A DNA stretch of 64,000 bases from Dictyostelium discoideum (taxonomy: Eukaryota). The notes beneath the pieces were generated by a model. The model was not told the DNA's origin and made no database searches. It saw nothing but the letters and a program-made list of their open reading frames with translations. Below, one piece after another: positions 10,340-24,528 of this stretch (within the stretch, counting starts at the first letter, position 1; every line of letters begins with the position of its first letter). The stretch covers positions 2,784,001 through 2,848,000 of the forward strand of contig CM000153.2 in assembly GCA_000004695.1 (NCBI GenBank), given 5' to 3'. Both the position numbers and the translations under genes were made by a program.

Positions 10340-11503
10340 TTATTGGATTAAAGGTTTTGGATTATTTAATTGAGAAATATAACGATCAATAAATAATGAT
10401 TTTGATTTTATCATTTTTGTAGCAAAAGAACCAAGACACATAGTTGGACTGATTTGAGTTATACCATCTTGAGGACCTAATGAAAGACTAAGTATTGGAC
10501 CTGATACTTTATGTTTTGCAAGCTTATCATTACTTTTACCTTTAGATAAAGCATCGATTGCTTTTGCTGCAATTGCAGCATGATAGCCAGCATTATATGC
10601 TGTTTTAAATTCATCAAAATCTGTACAATCACCAATAGCAAATACATTATTGTATCCTTGAACTTGACAGCTTAAATTTACTTTTAATTGTCCAGACTCA
10701 TTGATTACATTTGAGAAATGTGATTGATATGATTCACTATTTGTTTTAATACCAACTGTCCAAATTATTAAATCTGCTTGAATTGGTACACCCTTTTCAG
10801 TTGTATAATTTTGTGATGATATTTGAATATTTGGTGAAGTTTGATTTAAAAGGTTAGCTTTAATTTCATCTGGCATTGTAATTCTATCATTTAATATGAC
10901 TTCAACATTTCTCTTTTTCATTGCTTTTGAAACGACATTTGTAAATTTATCATTCATTTTTGGATTCACTAATTTACTACCACTGTGAACAATTGTAATT
11001 TTCTTTACCAATTCTGAATCTTTAACTGGATATTTCTCTACGATTTCCGATACCAATTCACAAGCAACTGCACCACCACCAACTATTAATATACTTTTAG
11101 CTTGTTTAATTTGTTGTGAAAAGTTTTGGAAATAATTTAAAATCTCACTACTACTTTTCTTTTCTAATGGTGCTTTAAATGGTGCCAATGAATTTGAACC
11201 AGTTGCAATTACTAAATAATCAAATGTTAATTCTTGACCATCTTCTAATTTTGCAAGAGTTGGTGAAATTTCAATAACCGTGCCAAAAATAAATTTACCA
11301 TTTTTCAATAGCTTATCATATGGTATATAAATCTTTTTAACTAATTCTGGTTCAACAACAGCTCTAACAGATCCAACACTATGGAAAAATGTTTGTTTTC
11401 TTTCAACTACAGTTACATTAAATTTTGAATCTAATTGTTTTGCAACTTCACAACCACCATAACCACCACCAATTATTAATACTCTTTTCTTTTCTGATGT
11501 CAT
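10340..11503 (-). CDS. AIF/AMID-like (AIFM2/FSP1-type) FAD-dependent oxidoreductase, paralog 2, single exon, 387 aa
   Basis: MTSEKKRVLIIGGGYGGCE (FAD GxGxxG), a second dinucleotide motif ILIVGGGAVACE, and the C-terminal AIGDCTDF motif typical of the pyridine-nucleotide-disulfide oxidoreductase/AMID family. This is the intact tandem partner of the 6283 gene. Confidence 0.8.
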   Translation of the reverse strand: MTSEKKRVLIIGGGYGGCEVAKQLDSKFNVTVVERKQTFFHSVGSVRAVVEPELVKKIYIPYDKLLKNGKFIFGTVIEISPTLAKLEDGQELTFDYLVIATGSNSLAPFKAPLEKKSSSEILNYFQNFSQQIKQAKSILIVGGGAVACELVSEIVEKYPVKDSELVKKITIVHSGSKLVNPKMNDKFTNVVSKAMKKRNVEVILNDRITMPDEIKANLLNQTSPNIQISSQNYTTEKGVPIQADLIIWTVGIKTNSESYQSHFSNVINESGQLKVNLSCQVQGYNNVFAIGDCTDFDEFKTAYNAGYHAAIAAKAIDALSKGKSNDKLAKHKVSGPILSLSLGPQDGITQISPTMCLGSFATKMIKSKSLFIDRYISQLNNPKPLIQ

Positions 11504-11665
11504 TCTTTAAATTAAAATAAAAAAAATAAATTAAAAAATTAAATAAAAAATAAAAAAAATAAAAAAAGTTAACATGTTTTTTTTTTAATAAATAAAATTA
11601 TAACAATATTTATTTTTAATTACTTTTTTTTTTTTTTTTTATATATAAATTATATTTATTAATTT

Positions 11666-11704
<39 letters not shown>

Positions 11705-12144
11705 TTATATAAATAAAATGAAATAAAATAATAGTAAAGTTATTTAAAAATGAAAGTAAAATAAAATAAAAAAAAAAATTTCTGAAAAACATTTTAAAGT
11801 TTAAAAATATACCATAATGCTCATTTTTGTACCTAAAACAAAAAATTCTATTTCAAAACTGACTTTGTGGATCTATTATTTAAAAAAAAATTTATGGGAG
11901 AAAAAAAATAAAAAAAATGAAAAAAATAAAAAAATAAAAATAATTTATTTATGGTATATATTCACAATTAATTTTAGATTGTATCCAAAAAAAAAAAAAA
12001 AAAAAAAAAAAAGTAGATTTTTTATGTTATCAATTTTCTATTTTTATTTTTTTTATTTTTTTTTTTAATAATTTTTTTTTTTTTTTTTTTATTTTTTTTT
12101 TAGAAGTTGAAAGATTTATATATATTTTTTAATTTATGTTTAAT

Positions 12145-12574
12145 TCATTTTAATTCATTCTTTAAATCGTTTTTGATACCACTAACAAAGTTGGATGCTT
12201 TGTTTTTAAGGTTTCTCATTTTGAGGGCACTGTGGGCTAAAACGAAAAGTAATGAAACTAATGTTGTGTAGAATAAAGTTAAACCACTTAATTTATATAT
12301 AACAATGACAGATACTATTTATTGTTATAAATAAAAAAATTAGTATAAATTTTTTTTTTTTTTTTTTCAAAAAAAAAATAATCACTACATACCAACACCG
12401 AGAATAACCATTTGGATCATTGGAGTTAAAACAGCAAAACCAATATTTTTATCACCTTTTTGAACAAAGAATAAATAATAACCAATTGCACCTAATAAAA
12501 GAATTGCAACTAAAAGATTCATATTTGTGAATCTAATTTTGTATGAAATTATATTAGTATGGAGAGAGAAAAAA

Positions 12575-12614
<40 letters not shown>

Positions 12615-12786
12615 CTTACAAAGTAATTAAAAGTACAACAGCAACAATAGCTATATAATTTCCTGAATAAAAATTTAAATTATCTTCCATTCTGGTAATT
12701 GCATTTTGACTTCCAGGGATACTATATCTACCCCATTCAATGAAATCATTCCATGGTTGAAGTTTAATTGAGCTTGATGATGACAT
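12145..12786 (-). CDS. PRA1-family protein 3 (ARL6IP5/JWA-like), model join(12786..12620,12532..12393,12313..12145)
   Basis: Three exons joined at GTAAGT / GTATGT donors and TTAG / ATAG acceptors with consistent phases. Product MSSSSSIKLQPWNDFIEWGRYSIPG...AHSALKMRNLKNKASNFVSGIKNDLKNELK parallels human ARL6IP5 (..LRAWDDFFPGSDRF.. and ..IHASLRLRNLKNKLENK..). Not in the ORF track because all exons are short. Confidence 0.6.
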
Positions 12787-13146
12787 TTGAGGATCTATAT
12801 TTATTGGTATATTATATATGTATATAATTTAGTATTTACAATAAAAAAATCTTATTATAAGAATTTCTGTTTGTGTGTGTGAGTGTGGTGTTATGTAGGG
12901 TTTATATTGTGAGAAAAATAAAAAAAAAAAAAAAATAAAAAAAATTAAAAATTAAAAAAAATAAAATTAAAAAAAAATAAAAAAAATTCAAAAAAATAAT
13001 TTTTTTTTTTTTTTTTTTTTTAATCCAAACGGTATAATTCAAATAATAGATAATTTTTTTTTTTTTTTGTGGTACAAAAACCCCCACATCTATTTTAAAC
13101 TAAAATAATCTTAAAAAATAAAAAACTAAAAATAAAAATAACCTTT

Positions 13147-13181
<35 letters not shown>

Positions 13182-13225
13182 AAATATTCAAAACCAAAAA
13201 TAGTAAAATAAAATTGTGATAATAT

Positions 13226-14195
13226 ATGAATGTTATACCATCCATTGAAAAGGGTAAAGAGGAGGAAACAAATAGTATACCATACAACCAAATACAACAA
13301 CAGCAACAACAACGACAACAACAACAAACAAAAGGAGTGATAGTAAAAGAAGACTCTGAGGAAGGAGGAGAATATGAAAATGGTGGAGATGAAGAATCCT
13401 TATTAATAAACCACAAAAATAATAATAATAATAATAATAATAATGGTTCATCAGATAATTCAGATTCAGATTCAGATTCAGATACAGATTCAGAGAATGA
13501 AACATTTATATGTGTTTGTACATCATGTTATAAGAAACCAGAAGTTAAACCAATTGATAGGAAGAAAGGATTTGTGTCATTATTTTGGGTAATAATATGG
13601 ATTGGATTGAATATGTTATTATTTTTTGTAAATAAATATTTAGATGATAGGAATCCACCATTTGTATTCCCGATATTCGTTATTATGACAGGTACATTTT
13701 CAACATTTTTTGGAAGTTGTATAGCGGTGTTTATATTCAAGATATCGGATTTCCCAATCAAGGAATTACGACAACATAAACTATTGTTATTAGTATGCTC
13801 AGTATTTCAAGCCATTTCATATGTAATGGAGAATGTCAGTATCGATCAAATGTCAATTCCATTGAATCAAGTCATTAAGGCGACAGGACCAGCTTTCATC
13901 ATTATTCTCTCTTTTATACTCTATAGGAAAACTTACCCTTTCTCAATTCTATTGTGTACATTTATCATCATCATTGGTGTTGTCATTACCATTTTCACAA
14001 GTCCACAGATTAAAATCATTGGTTTCCTCTATGCATTTGGTTCAATCATTTTCGCCTCAATTCAAACTGTACTCATTGCAAAATTGGTTAAAAATCCAAA
14101 ATTAAATGCATTATCCTTATTAGTTGCAACCTCTTTACCATCTGCTTTAGTTTGTTTACCAATTTTCTTCATTTTTGAATTTAAAGAAAGTAAGT

Positions 14196-14240
<45 letters not shown>

Positions 14241-14837
14241 CCAACTCCCCCTGTCTCTCTCCCCCTCCCCCTTCTCTATCATTTTATACTAAAATACTAA
14301 TATTATTTATTTATTTATTTTAAAGTGAAACAATATAATGGACCAACTACAATACCAATTATATCAGTTATTGGTTTAGCTATTTCAGCATGTTTTTATA
14401 ATCTTGCACATTTTTATATTGTACAATTTACATCAGCTTTATATTATGTTATCATTGGTAATGTAAAGGTTGTATTAGTAATCATCATTTCATCATTAGT
14501 ATTTGCAAATGGATTCACTCCATTAAATTATTTAGGTGCAGTTGTTACAATGATTGGTTTCATACTTTATAATGTTTTCAAGTATTATGAAAATATTGGT
14601 AAAAATCCACCTTTTATAACACCATTTATAAATTGTTTTATCAAATGTGGTTGTTGTCAAAAGATTAAACCAAAGAAATCAAAAAGAAATAAGAATAAAA
14701 CAAATGATTATAATTATTATGACAATGAAAGTGATAACGAAAATGAAAATAACAATACCAAAAATCAGGATAATAAAAATAAAAATAAAAAAGAAATCGA
14801 AAAAGAAAACATAAATAAAACCATCAATGGTGATTAA
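13226..14837 (+). CDS. TPT/nucleotide-sugar transporter family (SLC35-like) membrane protein with an N-terminal low-complexity extension. Model join(13226..14189,14326..14837).
   Basis: Multiple TM helices (..ATGPAFIIILSFILYRK.., ..FTPLNYLGAVVTMIGFILYN..). Donor GAAA|GTAAGT at 14190 and acceptor TTTTAAAG at 14325 remove a poly-T/CT-rich 136-bp intron and keep frame (A+TG forms Met). The N-terminus carries polyQ, polyN and SD repeats. Confidence 0.65.
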
Positions 14838-14971
14838 TATCCTCCAACTTTAAAAAAAAAATCAAAAAAAGTGATCAACTTATAAAAATAAATAAATAAA
14901 CAAATAAATAAAACTTTGTAATAATACTTAAAATAGATTCTTATTCTATCGGTCAAAAAAAAAAAAAATAG

Positions 14972-15006
<35 letters not shown>

Positions 15007-15519
15007 AATCACAAACCACAATGAAACAACATGTCATTTAAAAAAAATTATTTTTGTTTCGTTTTTATTTTTATTTTATATTTTTTATTTTTTATTTGAA
15101 TGTCAATCCTTGAATCATTGGTTGACAGTTTTTCATTTTTTTTTTTTGAATCTAAAAAAGTAAAAAAATAAACAATCCTAAAAAGGGAATTCTTAAAAAT
15201 AAAAATTGAAAACAATTCAATTGGTTTATAATAAATAATTATTAAACAACCAAAGTAAACCTTTTTTTTTGTTTATTATTTTTTATTTTTTTTATTTTTT
15301 TTACTTTTTTAGATTTTAATAAATAAAAAAATTAAAAAATAAAAAAAAATTAAAAAAAATAAAAAATAAAAATTTTTATTTTTTTAATTTTTTTTTTTTT
15401 TTTTTTTTTAATTCAAAAAAATATATTTTTTAAAAATTTTTTTTTTTTTTCATTTATTACATATCTTTCACAAATAACACTTTGTGAAAAAAAAAAAAAA
15501 AAAAAAAAGAAAGAAGAAA

Positions 15520-15746
15520 ATGGCAGAAAGAAGAGCCGCTATTTTCGGAACTGAAAAGGATCAGTAAGTAATAATTTAACTATTTCACTTCACTACTTTC
15601 TCTTTTTTATTTTTATTATTATTACTATTATCATTCAAAAAAAAAAAAAAAAAAAAAAAAAAATATCAGATGATACTCGCATATATATATACCCAAAAAC
15701 GATTTGTTCGGGTTTTTTTTTTTTTTTCTTCATCTTCACCACTTTC

Positions 15747-15778
<32 letters not shown>

Positions 15779-17400
15779 CAATTGTTTCTTTGTTTTACGT
15801 TATTACCATTTGTCGTAATAATTTTTTTTTTTATTAACCAAAAATAAAAAAATAAAATAAAAAAAATATTGTGACAACTTGTTAATAATTCTCCTTACAG
15901 AAAGGTTTAGAGATATTTTAGTTTTTATTTCACATTTAAACAACAATAATAATAATAAAAAAACAGCATTTAGCACATCAACAAAAATTTTAGCATATTA
16001 TTTTTTTTAGCACAAAAATTTATTATTTTTTTTTTTTATTACTAAACAAAAAAAAAAAAAAAAAAAAAAAGGTAATTTTAAGACTAATATTAATTTAAAC
16101 TCTATTAAAATTTTTTTTCTATTCTTTTTTTCTTTTTTTTTTTCTTTTTCTTATTATATTAATTTAATTTGATTGAATTTTTTTTTTTTTTTTTTTTTTT
16201 TTTTTCCTTCAGACAAAATTGTCCATTTTATTTAAAAATTGGAGCATGTAGACATGGTGATCGATGTTCAAGATTACATAATAAACCAGTATTAAGCCAA
16301 ACTATATTATTACCAAATTTATATCAAAGTCCAATCTCAAAAAAAGCAATTGAAGCAGCAGGAGGTCAAGCACCAAACCTTTCAGATGCAGAATTACAAC
16401 AACATTTTGATGAATTTTATGAAGATATTTATGAAGGTCTTGCAAAGTATGGCCAAGTAGATCTTTTAAATGTATGTGCAAATTTAGGTGATCATTTAGT
16501 TGGTAATGTTTATGTTAAATATCAAAAAGAAGATGATGCAAATGAATCAATTAAGGGTTTAAAGGGTAGATTTTATGATGGTAAGTTTATAAATTTTTAT
16601 TTTATTTTATTAAAAAAAAAAAAAAAAAAAAAAAACCTACCACCTCATACATTTATATTAATATTTTTTTTATTTTTATTTAAATATTTTAAAGGTAGAC
16701 CAATTATTTCTGAATTTTCACCAGTAACAGATTTTACAGAAGCAAGATGCAGGCAGTACGATATAGGAACATGCAATCGTGGTGGATTTTGTAATTTTAT
16801 GCATTTACATAATCCATCAAAGTCATTGTACTATAAATTATTTGGCGATAGAAAGAGTAGAAGCCCAAGTCCAAAGAGAGATTACAGAGATAGAGATAGG
16901 GATTATGGTAGAAGAGGTTACGATAGAGACTATAGAGACAGAGACAGAGATAGAGACAGAGACTATGGAAGAAGAGGTGGTGGTGGCTATGATAGAGACT
17001 ACAGAGATAGAGATAGAGATTATGGTGGTGGCGGCGGTAGATATGACAGAGACTACAGAGATAGAGACAGAGATAGAGATGGCTATGGTAGATCACGTGA
17101 TTATGATCGTGACCGAGACCGTCGTCCATATGACGAGTTTAGAGGAAGTAGAGGCTCAAAATCACCAGAATACTCAAGAAATAGTGGGGGTGACATTCCA
17201 CCCTCTGATCATCACTTTAGTAGATCTCTACTTTTAACAGACTATGCCTATCCTCCACCAACCGGAGGTATTGTAAATGGTAGTCCATCCTCAAATCAAC
17301 CACCTCTTCACCTTCCTCCACCAACCAATGAATATTCACACATTTTACCAATTACAACTACACAATCACCACTCTCTACTGGCTCAAATGGTGGCTCACT

Positions 17401-17433
<33 letters not shown>

Positions 17434-17698
17434 GCAACAACCACAACAACAACAGCAACAACAAACACCACAAATAATACCACAACCATCAGAAAATGGT
17501 GGAAATGTATCAACAATTGGTGAAAAGAGAGTTAGAGATGATGAAACAATAACTTCCGAGAAAAGATTAAAAGGTGAGGAAAATTCTCAAAGTGATGAAA
17601 ATGGTTCCATTCAATGGGCGTCAAATGATGAAAGAAGAACTGATGAATACGATGTTAAAACCTCTTTAAAAACTTCAATCTCTGAATCAAAAGAGTAA
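15520..17698 (+). CDS. U2 snRNP auxiliary factor small subunit (U2AF35/U2AF1). Model join(15520..15563,16213..16580,16695..17698).
   Basis: Exon 1 MAERRAAIFGTEKDQ (human MAEYLASIFGTEKDK). Then CCCH zinc finger NCPFYLKIGACRHGDRCSRLHNKP, the UHM/RRM core LGDHLVGNVYVKYQKEDDA, a second zinc finger after intron 2 (RPIISEFSPVTDFTEARCRQYDIGTCNRGGFCNFMH), and a C-terminal RD/RDY repeat region (RS-like) plus polyQ. GTAAGT donors and phases are consistent. Confidence 0.85.
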
Positions 17699-18047
17699 AA
17701 AAAAAAAAAAACTATATTTAAATTTTTTTTTTTTTTTCCATTTATTTAATTTTTTAAAAACAAAATAAAAAAAATAAAAAATAATAATAATAATGTATTA
17801 AATTAAATCAAACAAAAAATATCTGATTTATTTTTAGATTTATTAAAAAAATTTGAATAAAAAAAAACAACAATTAATTAATATTAAAAGATCTATTAGT
17901 TTTTTTTTTTTTTTTTATTTTATTTTTTTTTTTTTTTTTGTTTTGGCCAAATTTTTTTTTTTTTTTTTTTTTTTTCAATTTTTTTTTTAATTTTATTTTT
18001 TTTCAATTTTTTTTTTTTTTTTTTTTTTCATCAACTTTGATTATAAA

Positions 18048-18865
18048 ATGATTAGAATATTAGTAAGTTTTATAACAATGGGAGGAAAGAATAAATATCA
18101 TTTATTGAACTACAGTAATTTGAAAAAAAAAAAAAAAATAAAAACAAAATAACAAAATAACAAAATAATAAATAATAATAATTATAAAAAATAAAAAAAA
18201 AAAACTTTTTCTCTAATATAAATATATATATATATATTTAATATTATTTATTAAACTTTTATTTATTTTTATTTTAGACAAAGAGTATTGTAAATAATAC
18301 CAGTAGAGTATTAATTAACAATAATAATAGTATTAAAAGTGGTATTATTGGATTTAATAATTTTTCAACAACATCAAACAACACTACAACAACAACAGTA
18401 GCAGAATTAAAAGTTATTGAAAGAACACCAGGTGTTGCCGCACCAAATAAAAGAGCAACACCACCAAAAGTACCAAAAAGACGTCCAGATAAAATTAGAT
18501 CAATCAAATATGAACAATACTCTGGTATTCCAAGAATTGCAGCAAAAGGTTTTTTCAGAATTACAACTAAAGGTTTCGATTATTACTTTTTTGATGTAAG
18601 ATCAAGTGAAAATTTCGCAAAGGAATCAATCGTTGGTGCTGTCAATCATCCAGTTGAAAACATTGAAGAATCAATGAAAGAATTACGTGATAAATCTTCT
18701 TTAATCATGGTTATGGGTGAAAAGGAAAGAGGTTGGCCACAAGCTTGTGAAGCTGCTCTCAAACTTCAAAATAATGGTTTCAAAAATGTTATTGTAATTG
18801 AAGCTGGTATTCAAGAATTAGTTGAAAAAGGTTTCTTTTATACTTCTGAAAAAGATTTTATTTAA
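18048..18865 (+). CDS. Rhodanese-like domain protein. Model join(18048..18062,18278..18865).
   Basis: Five-codon first exon ATGATTAGAATATTA|GTAAGT with acceptor ATTTTAG|ACA in frame. The C-terminal exon contains a rhodanese-type fold (..FFDVRSSENFAKESIVGAVNHPVENIEE...LIMVMGEKERGWPQACEAALKLQNNGFKNVIVIEAG..). First-exon assignment is tentative. Confidence 0.5.
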
Positions 18866-19132
18866 ATATTTAATATAATAATAATAATAATAGTAGTAAT
18901 TTATATAATGAACATAAAAAAAAAAAATAACAACAACAACAAATAACAGTAACATTAAACTACAATAACATAATAATGGTAGTATAGATTGATATGAAAT
19001 ATAAACAAAAAAAAAGAAAAAAAAAAAAAAGAAAGAACGAAAGAAAACATAATATGGAATTGATTAAAAAAAAAAAGATTAAAAAAAAAAAATAATAAAA
19101 ACAAAAATATAAAAAAAAAAAAAAGTATATAT

Positions 19133-19227
<95 letters not shown>

Positions 19228-19228
19228 C
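19133..19228. repeat. (ATTT)n microsatellite (~24 units) between the convergent rhodanese and hemD genes
   Basis: Perfect tetranucleotide repeat. Confidence 0.9.
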
Positions 19229-19237
19229 ATCATTTTT

Positions 19238-20472
<1,235 letters not shown>

Positions 20473-20815
20473 TGATTTTACTTGGGGTGGGGTTTCAGTA
20501 TCATATCCGAAATAATAAAACTTTTTTATTTTTTTTTTTTTTTTTTTTCAGAATAAAAAAAAAATAAAAATTTAAAAAATAAAAAAAAAACAATTCTTAA
20601 TAAAAATAATATCTAAATCTGAATAGTATCCTTAAAAAAAAAAAAAAACAATTCTAAAAATAAAATAAAACCTAGATTTTAATTTCTCACTTTTTTTTTG
20701 TATTTTTACATTGATATATGATTATATTGATATATTATCATTAATCATTTTTTTTTTATTTTGTATTTTTATTGAAATTACTACTATATATGATATGATA
20801 TTTAAAAATCTTTTT

Positions 20816-20850
<35 letters not shown>

Positions 20851-20851
<1 letters not shown>

Positions 20852-21230
20852 TAATTTACATATAAACTAACTCTCTTTTGATATTTTGTTGCTTCAAATT
20901 CATCTTTTTTATAAGTTTTAAGATAATTTGAATATCTTGTACACCATTCAGGTGATGGTGGGTCAATATCTGCTGCATCTTTTAAGTAAATGCCACCCTT
21001 TTCAACATCTTTTTTAACCTCCAATAAGAATAAACCATAACGACCTAATGACTCTGAACTACGAGCACCACTAGTAACAATTCTTTTATATAATTTCTCT
21101 GCTTTATCTATTTCTCCTGATTTTTGAATGAAAATTGCATAACTTAATAATAAACTACTATCATCTATATATATTAAAAATATATTGTTTAAATTGATAA
21201 AATTAGTATTTATCTTTAATAATTATAAAA

Positions 21231-21264
<34 letters not shown>

Positions 21265-21754
21265 TGAAAAACAAACCTTCGTCTAATGCAATCTTTGGAG
21301 CAGCATGTTTATAAGCTTCACCATAAACTTCTTTTGCTTTCTTTGGATTATTTGTTCTTTCTAAAAATTCACCATATGCTTGCCAAGCTCTAGAGTTATC
21401 AGTATCAACCTCTACAGCTTTCCTTAATGATTCTTCTGCTTCTTTATTTTTACCCTCCATTGACAATAATACACCATATTGTGCCAATAGATCTGAATCT
21501 TGAGGTTGTTCTTGTAAACCCTCTATAATATCATTCTTTAAACTTAAATCTGTAATTTCAAATAATGAAGTAGGATTATTTTGTTGTGATGCTGATGCTG
21601 CTCCTTTTCTAATTGTATTGTTTTTTCTTTTATTTGGTGGTTGTTGTCTTTGTGGTTGTTTACCATTTACGTCATTGGTTGGTCTATTTTCTAATCTTTG
21701 AGATTTTGGTACATCTTCACCATTATATTTTTCTTTTGAACCACAACAACCCAT
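20851..21754 (-). CDS. TPR-repeat protein with N-terminal myristoylation/palmitoylation motif (MGCCGSK). Model join(21754..21277,21164..20851).
   Basis: Met-Gly-Cys-Cys start; TPR-like helices (..AQYGVLLSMEGKNKEAEESLRKAVEVD..AWQAYGEFLER..). Donor GAAG|GTTTGT and acceptor TATATAG keep phase 1 into ..DDSSLLLSYAIFIQKSGEIDKAEKLYKRIV..LGRYGLFLLEV... Confidence 0.6.
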
Positions 21755-22090
21755 TATTATTATTTATTATTATTTTTTATTAATGAATTATATGTTAATT
21801 ATTTATAAATATAAATGTATGTATCTATTATTTATTTATTATTTATTTATTATTATTGCGTTTTTAAGTTATTTTATTTTTTTTTTTTTTTTTTTTAATT
21901 GGTTTTTTTATAAAAAAATTTTATTATAAAGAGAAAAAAAAAATTATTTAAAAAATTAAAAAAAAAAAAAAAAAAATTTTGAAAAATTATAAATTGATAA
22001 TATATGTATAAATAATATTTATAACATTCGGTGCCGGGGAAAAAAAAAAATTAAATTAAAAAAAATTAAATTAAAAAAAAAAAAAAATTA

Positions 22091-22130
<40 letters not shown>

Positions 22131-22533
22131 GATCGAATTTTTTGTTGAGATTCCAAGATTAAAGGCAATAATTAAAAAAAAAAAAGAAATTAAATAAAAA
22201 AAAAAATAAAAAAAAGAAATTATTTGTTCATATGAACAAACAATCTTTTTTTTTTTTCAACTAAATATCTAACCGATTTTTTTTTTTTTTTTTTATAAAT
22301 TTTTAATTATTTTGTTGTCATTGTTGGTTAACTATCTTTTTTTTTCCCACCTAATTTTTTTGGGGGAGTTTGAAAAAGGTTTGGAAAAAAAAAAAAATTT
22401 TTTAAAGGTTTGAAAAGAAAAAACACAATCAGTTAAAAAAAAATAATAATAAAAATAAAAAAAAAAAAATAAAATAAAATAAAACAAAACAAAGACAAAT
22501 CGCAATTTTATAATAACCAAATCAAAAAAATGT

Positions 22534-22579
<46 letters not shown>

Positions 22580-23402
22580 TATTTTTTTTATTTTTATTTT
22601 TTTATTTTTTTTTTTTTTCTTTTTTTTAATTTCGATGTTTGCATGTTATCTGATTGGTAGTCTGATTGTTTTGAATTATTATTAATTTTCATTTAAATTT
22701 ATTTTTTTTTTTTTTTTTTAGTTTTTTTAGTTTTTTTTTTAGTTTTTAGTTTTTTTTATTTTTTTTTTTTTTTTAGTATTAACTTCAACTGATATAATAA
22801 AATAACAACATATATAAAATTACAATTCCAACCATCAACACCACAACATCATTGCAACATATTTTTTTCTTTTAATATTAATTACAACGCTGTTTTATTT
22901 TTATTATAATTAAATTTGAGAGGGAAAAAAAAAAAGAAAAAAAAAAATAAAAGAAAAATAAAAAAATAAAATTTAAAAAAAAGGGTTATATAATTCATAT
23001 CGAATCGTATATTTTTTAATTGTAAATAGAAAGAAAGAAAAAAAAAAAAAAAAAAGAGTAAAAATTGAATTTTCTTCAAACCTCACTCACAATCACAATC
23101 GAAATCACACTATAAAACTTTTTTTTTTTTGATTAAATTTTGTATATTTGGTGTTTTTTTGATCACAGGGTGTTATTCTCGCCACGCACCCACACGACTA
23201 TACCACAAAAAAAAAAAAAAAAAATTTAAAATAAAAAATTAAAATAATCAAAAAGCTATTTTTAAATTAAGGAAGATTAAACAAAAAAAAAAAAAAATTA
23301 AAAATTGAAAAAATAAAAAAAATAAAAAAAAATAAAAAAAAAAATAAAAAAATAAAAAATAATATATTATTCAATATAATAAAAATAAAAATAATAAAAA
23401 TC

Positions 23403-23447
<45 letters not shown>

Positions 23448-23689
23448 ATTATTTTCACATAATACATAACTACAAAAATCAAAATAATAACTTTGCAGAC
23501 TTGCTCTATTAATATATATATATATATAAACATATAATTTTTTATTTTTATTTTAAATTATAAAAACCAAACCAAAGTTATAAATAGAAAAAAAAAATAA
23601 AAATAAAAAAATAAAAATAAAAAATAAAAATTAAAAATTAAAAATTAAAAAAAAAAACATACATAGACATATAATTATTTTTATTATTA

Positions 23690-23746
<57 letters not shown>

Positions 23747-24283
23747 TTATATATATTTTATATATAAATACAACCAATAATAATTTTTTTTGAAAACCCA
23801 CACACTCTCACAAACACAAAAAAGTGTAAACCCACTAATAAATATAAAACAAACAAATAAATAATTTATATTTAGAATATTACAACAATAATTTAATTTT
23901 TTAAAAAAAACCAAATAAAACAACAAAAACTATAAATAAATAAAAAAAAATAAAAAAGACAAAAATAAACTCAAACCATCTATATCAATAACACTTCATA
24001 GAGTAGACCCAAATCATCATCATTTTAAAATTAAATATTATCTATTAGTCAATAAACTAACGAGGAGAAAAAGAAAAAAAAAAAAAAAAAAATGTATGTG
24101 TAACTATTATTTTTTTTTTTTATTATTATTATTTTTTTTTTAATTAAAATTAATATAATTAAATAGTTATGTATGTGTCGAAAAAATTGAAATAACATTA
24201 TTTTTGAAACAGTAATAATAAAACCAAGTAAATCTATAATTATTTATATATATTTTTTTTTTTTTTTTTTTTTTTAATTTATT

Positions 24284-24317
<34 letters not shown>

Positions 24318-24488
24318 CTATTTTTTCAATCTATTTTTTCAATCTATTTTTTCAATCTTTTTTTTTCTTTTTTCTTTTTTTTTTTTTTATTATTTAAATA
24401 ACCAAGATATATAATCAACTTTAAAAAAAAAAAAAATTATTCCAAAAAGTGCAACAACAATTCATTATTTATTTTTTTTCTTTTTCCT

Positions 24489-24528
<40 letters not shown>

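Noticed and set aside
16779-17237. Overlapping ORFs 16779..17237(+) and 16797..17129(-) inside the U2AF35 gene
   Set aside because: Alternative-frame translations of the GAT/AGA repeat region encoding the RD-repeat tail; not independent genes.
18274-18507. Minus-strand ORF 18274..18507 and plus ORF 18417..18599
   Set aside because: Both lie within or antisense to the rhodanese exon 2; the plus-strand frame with rhodanese homology is preferred.
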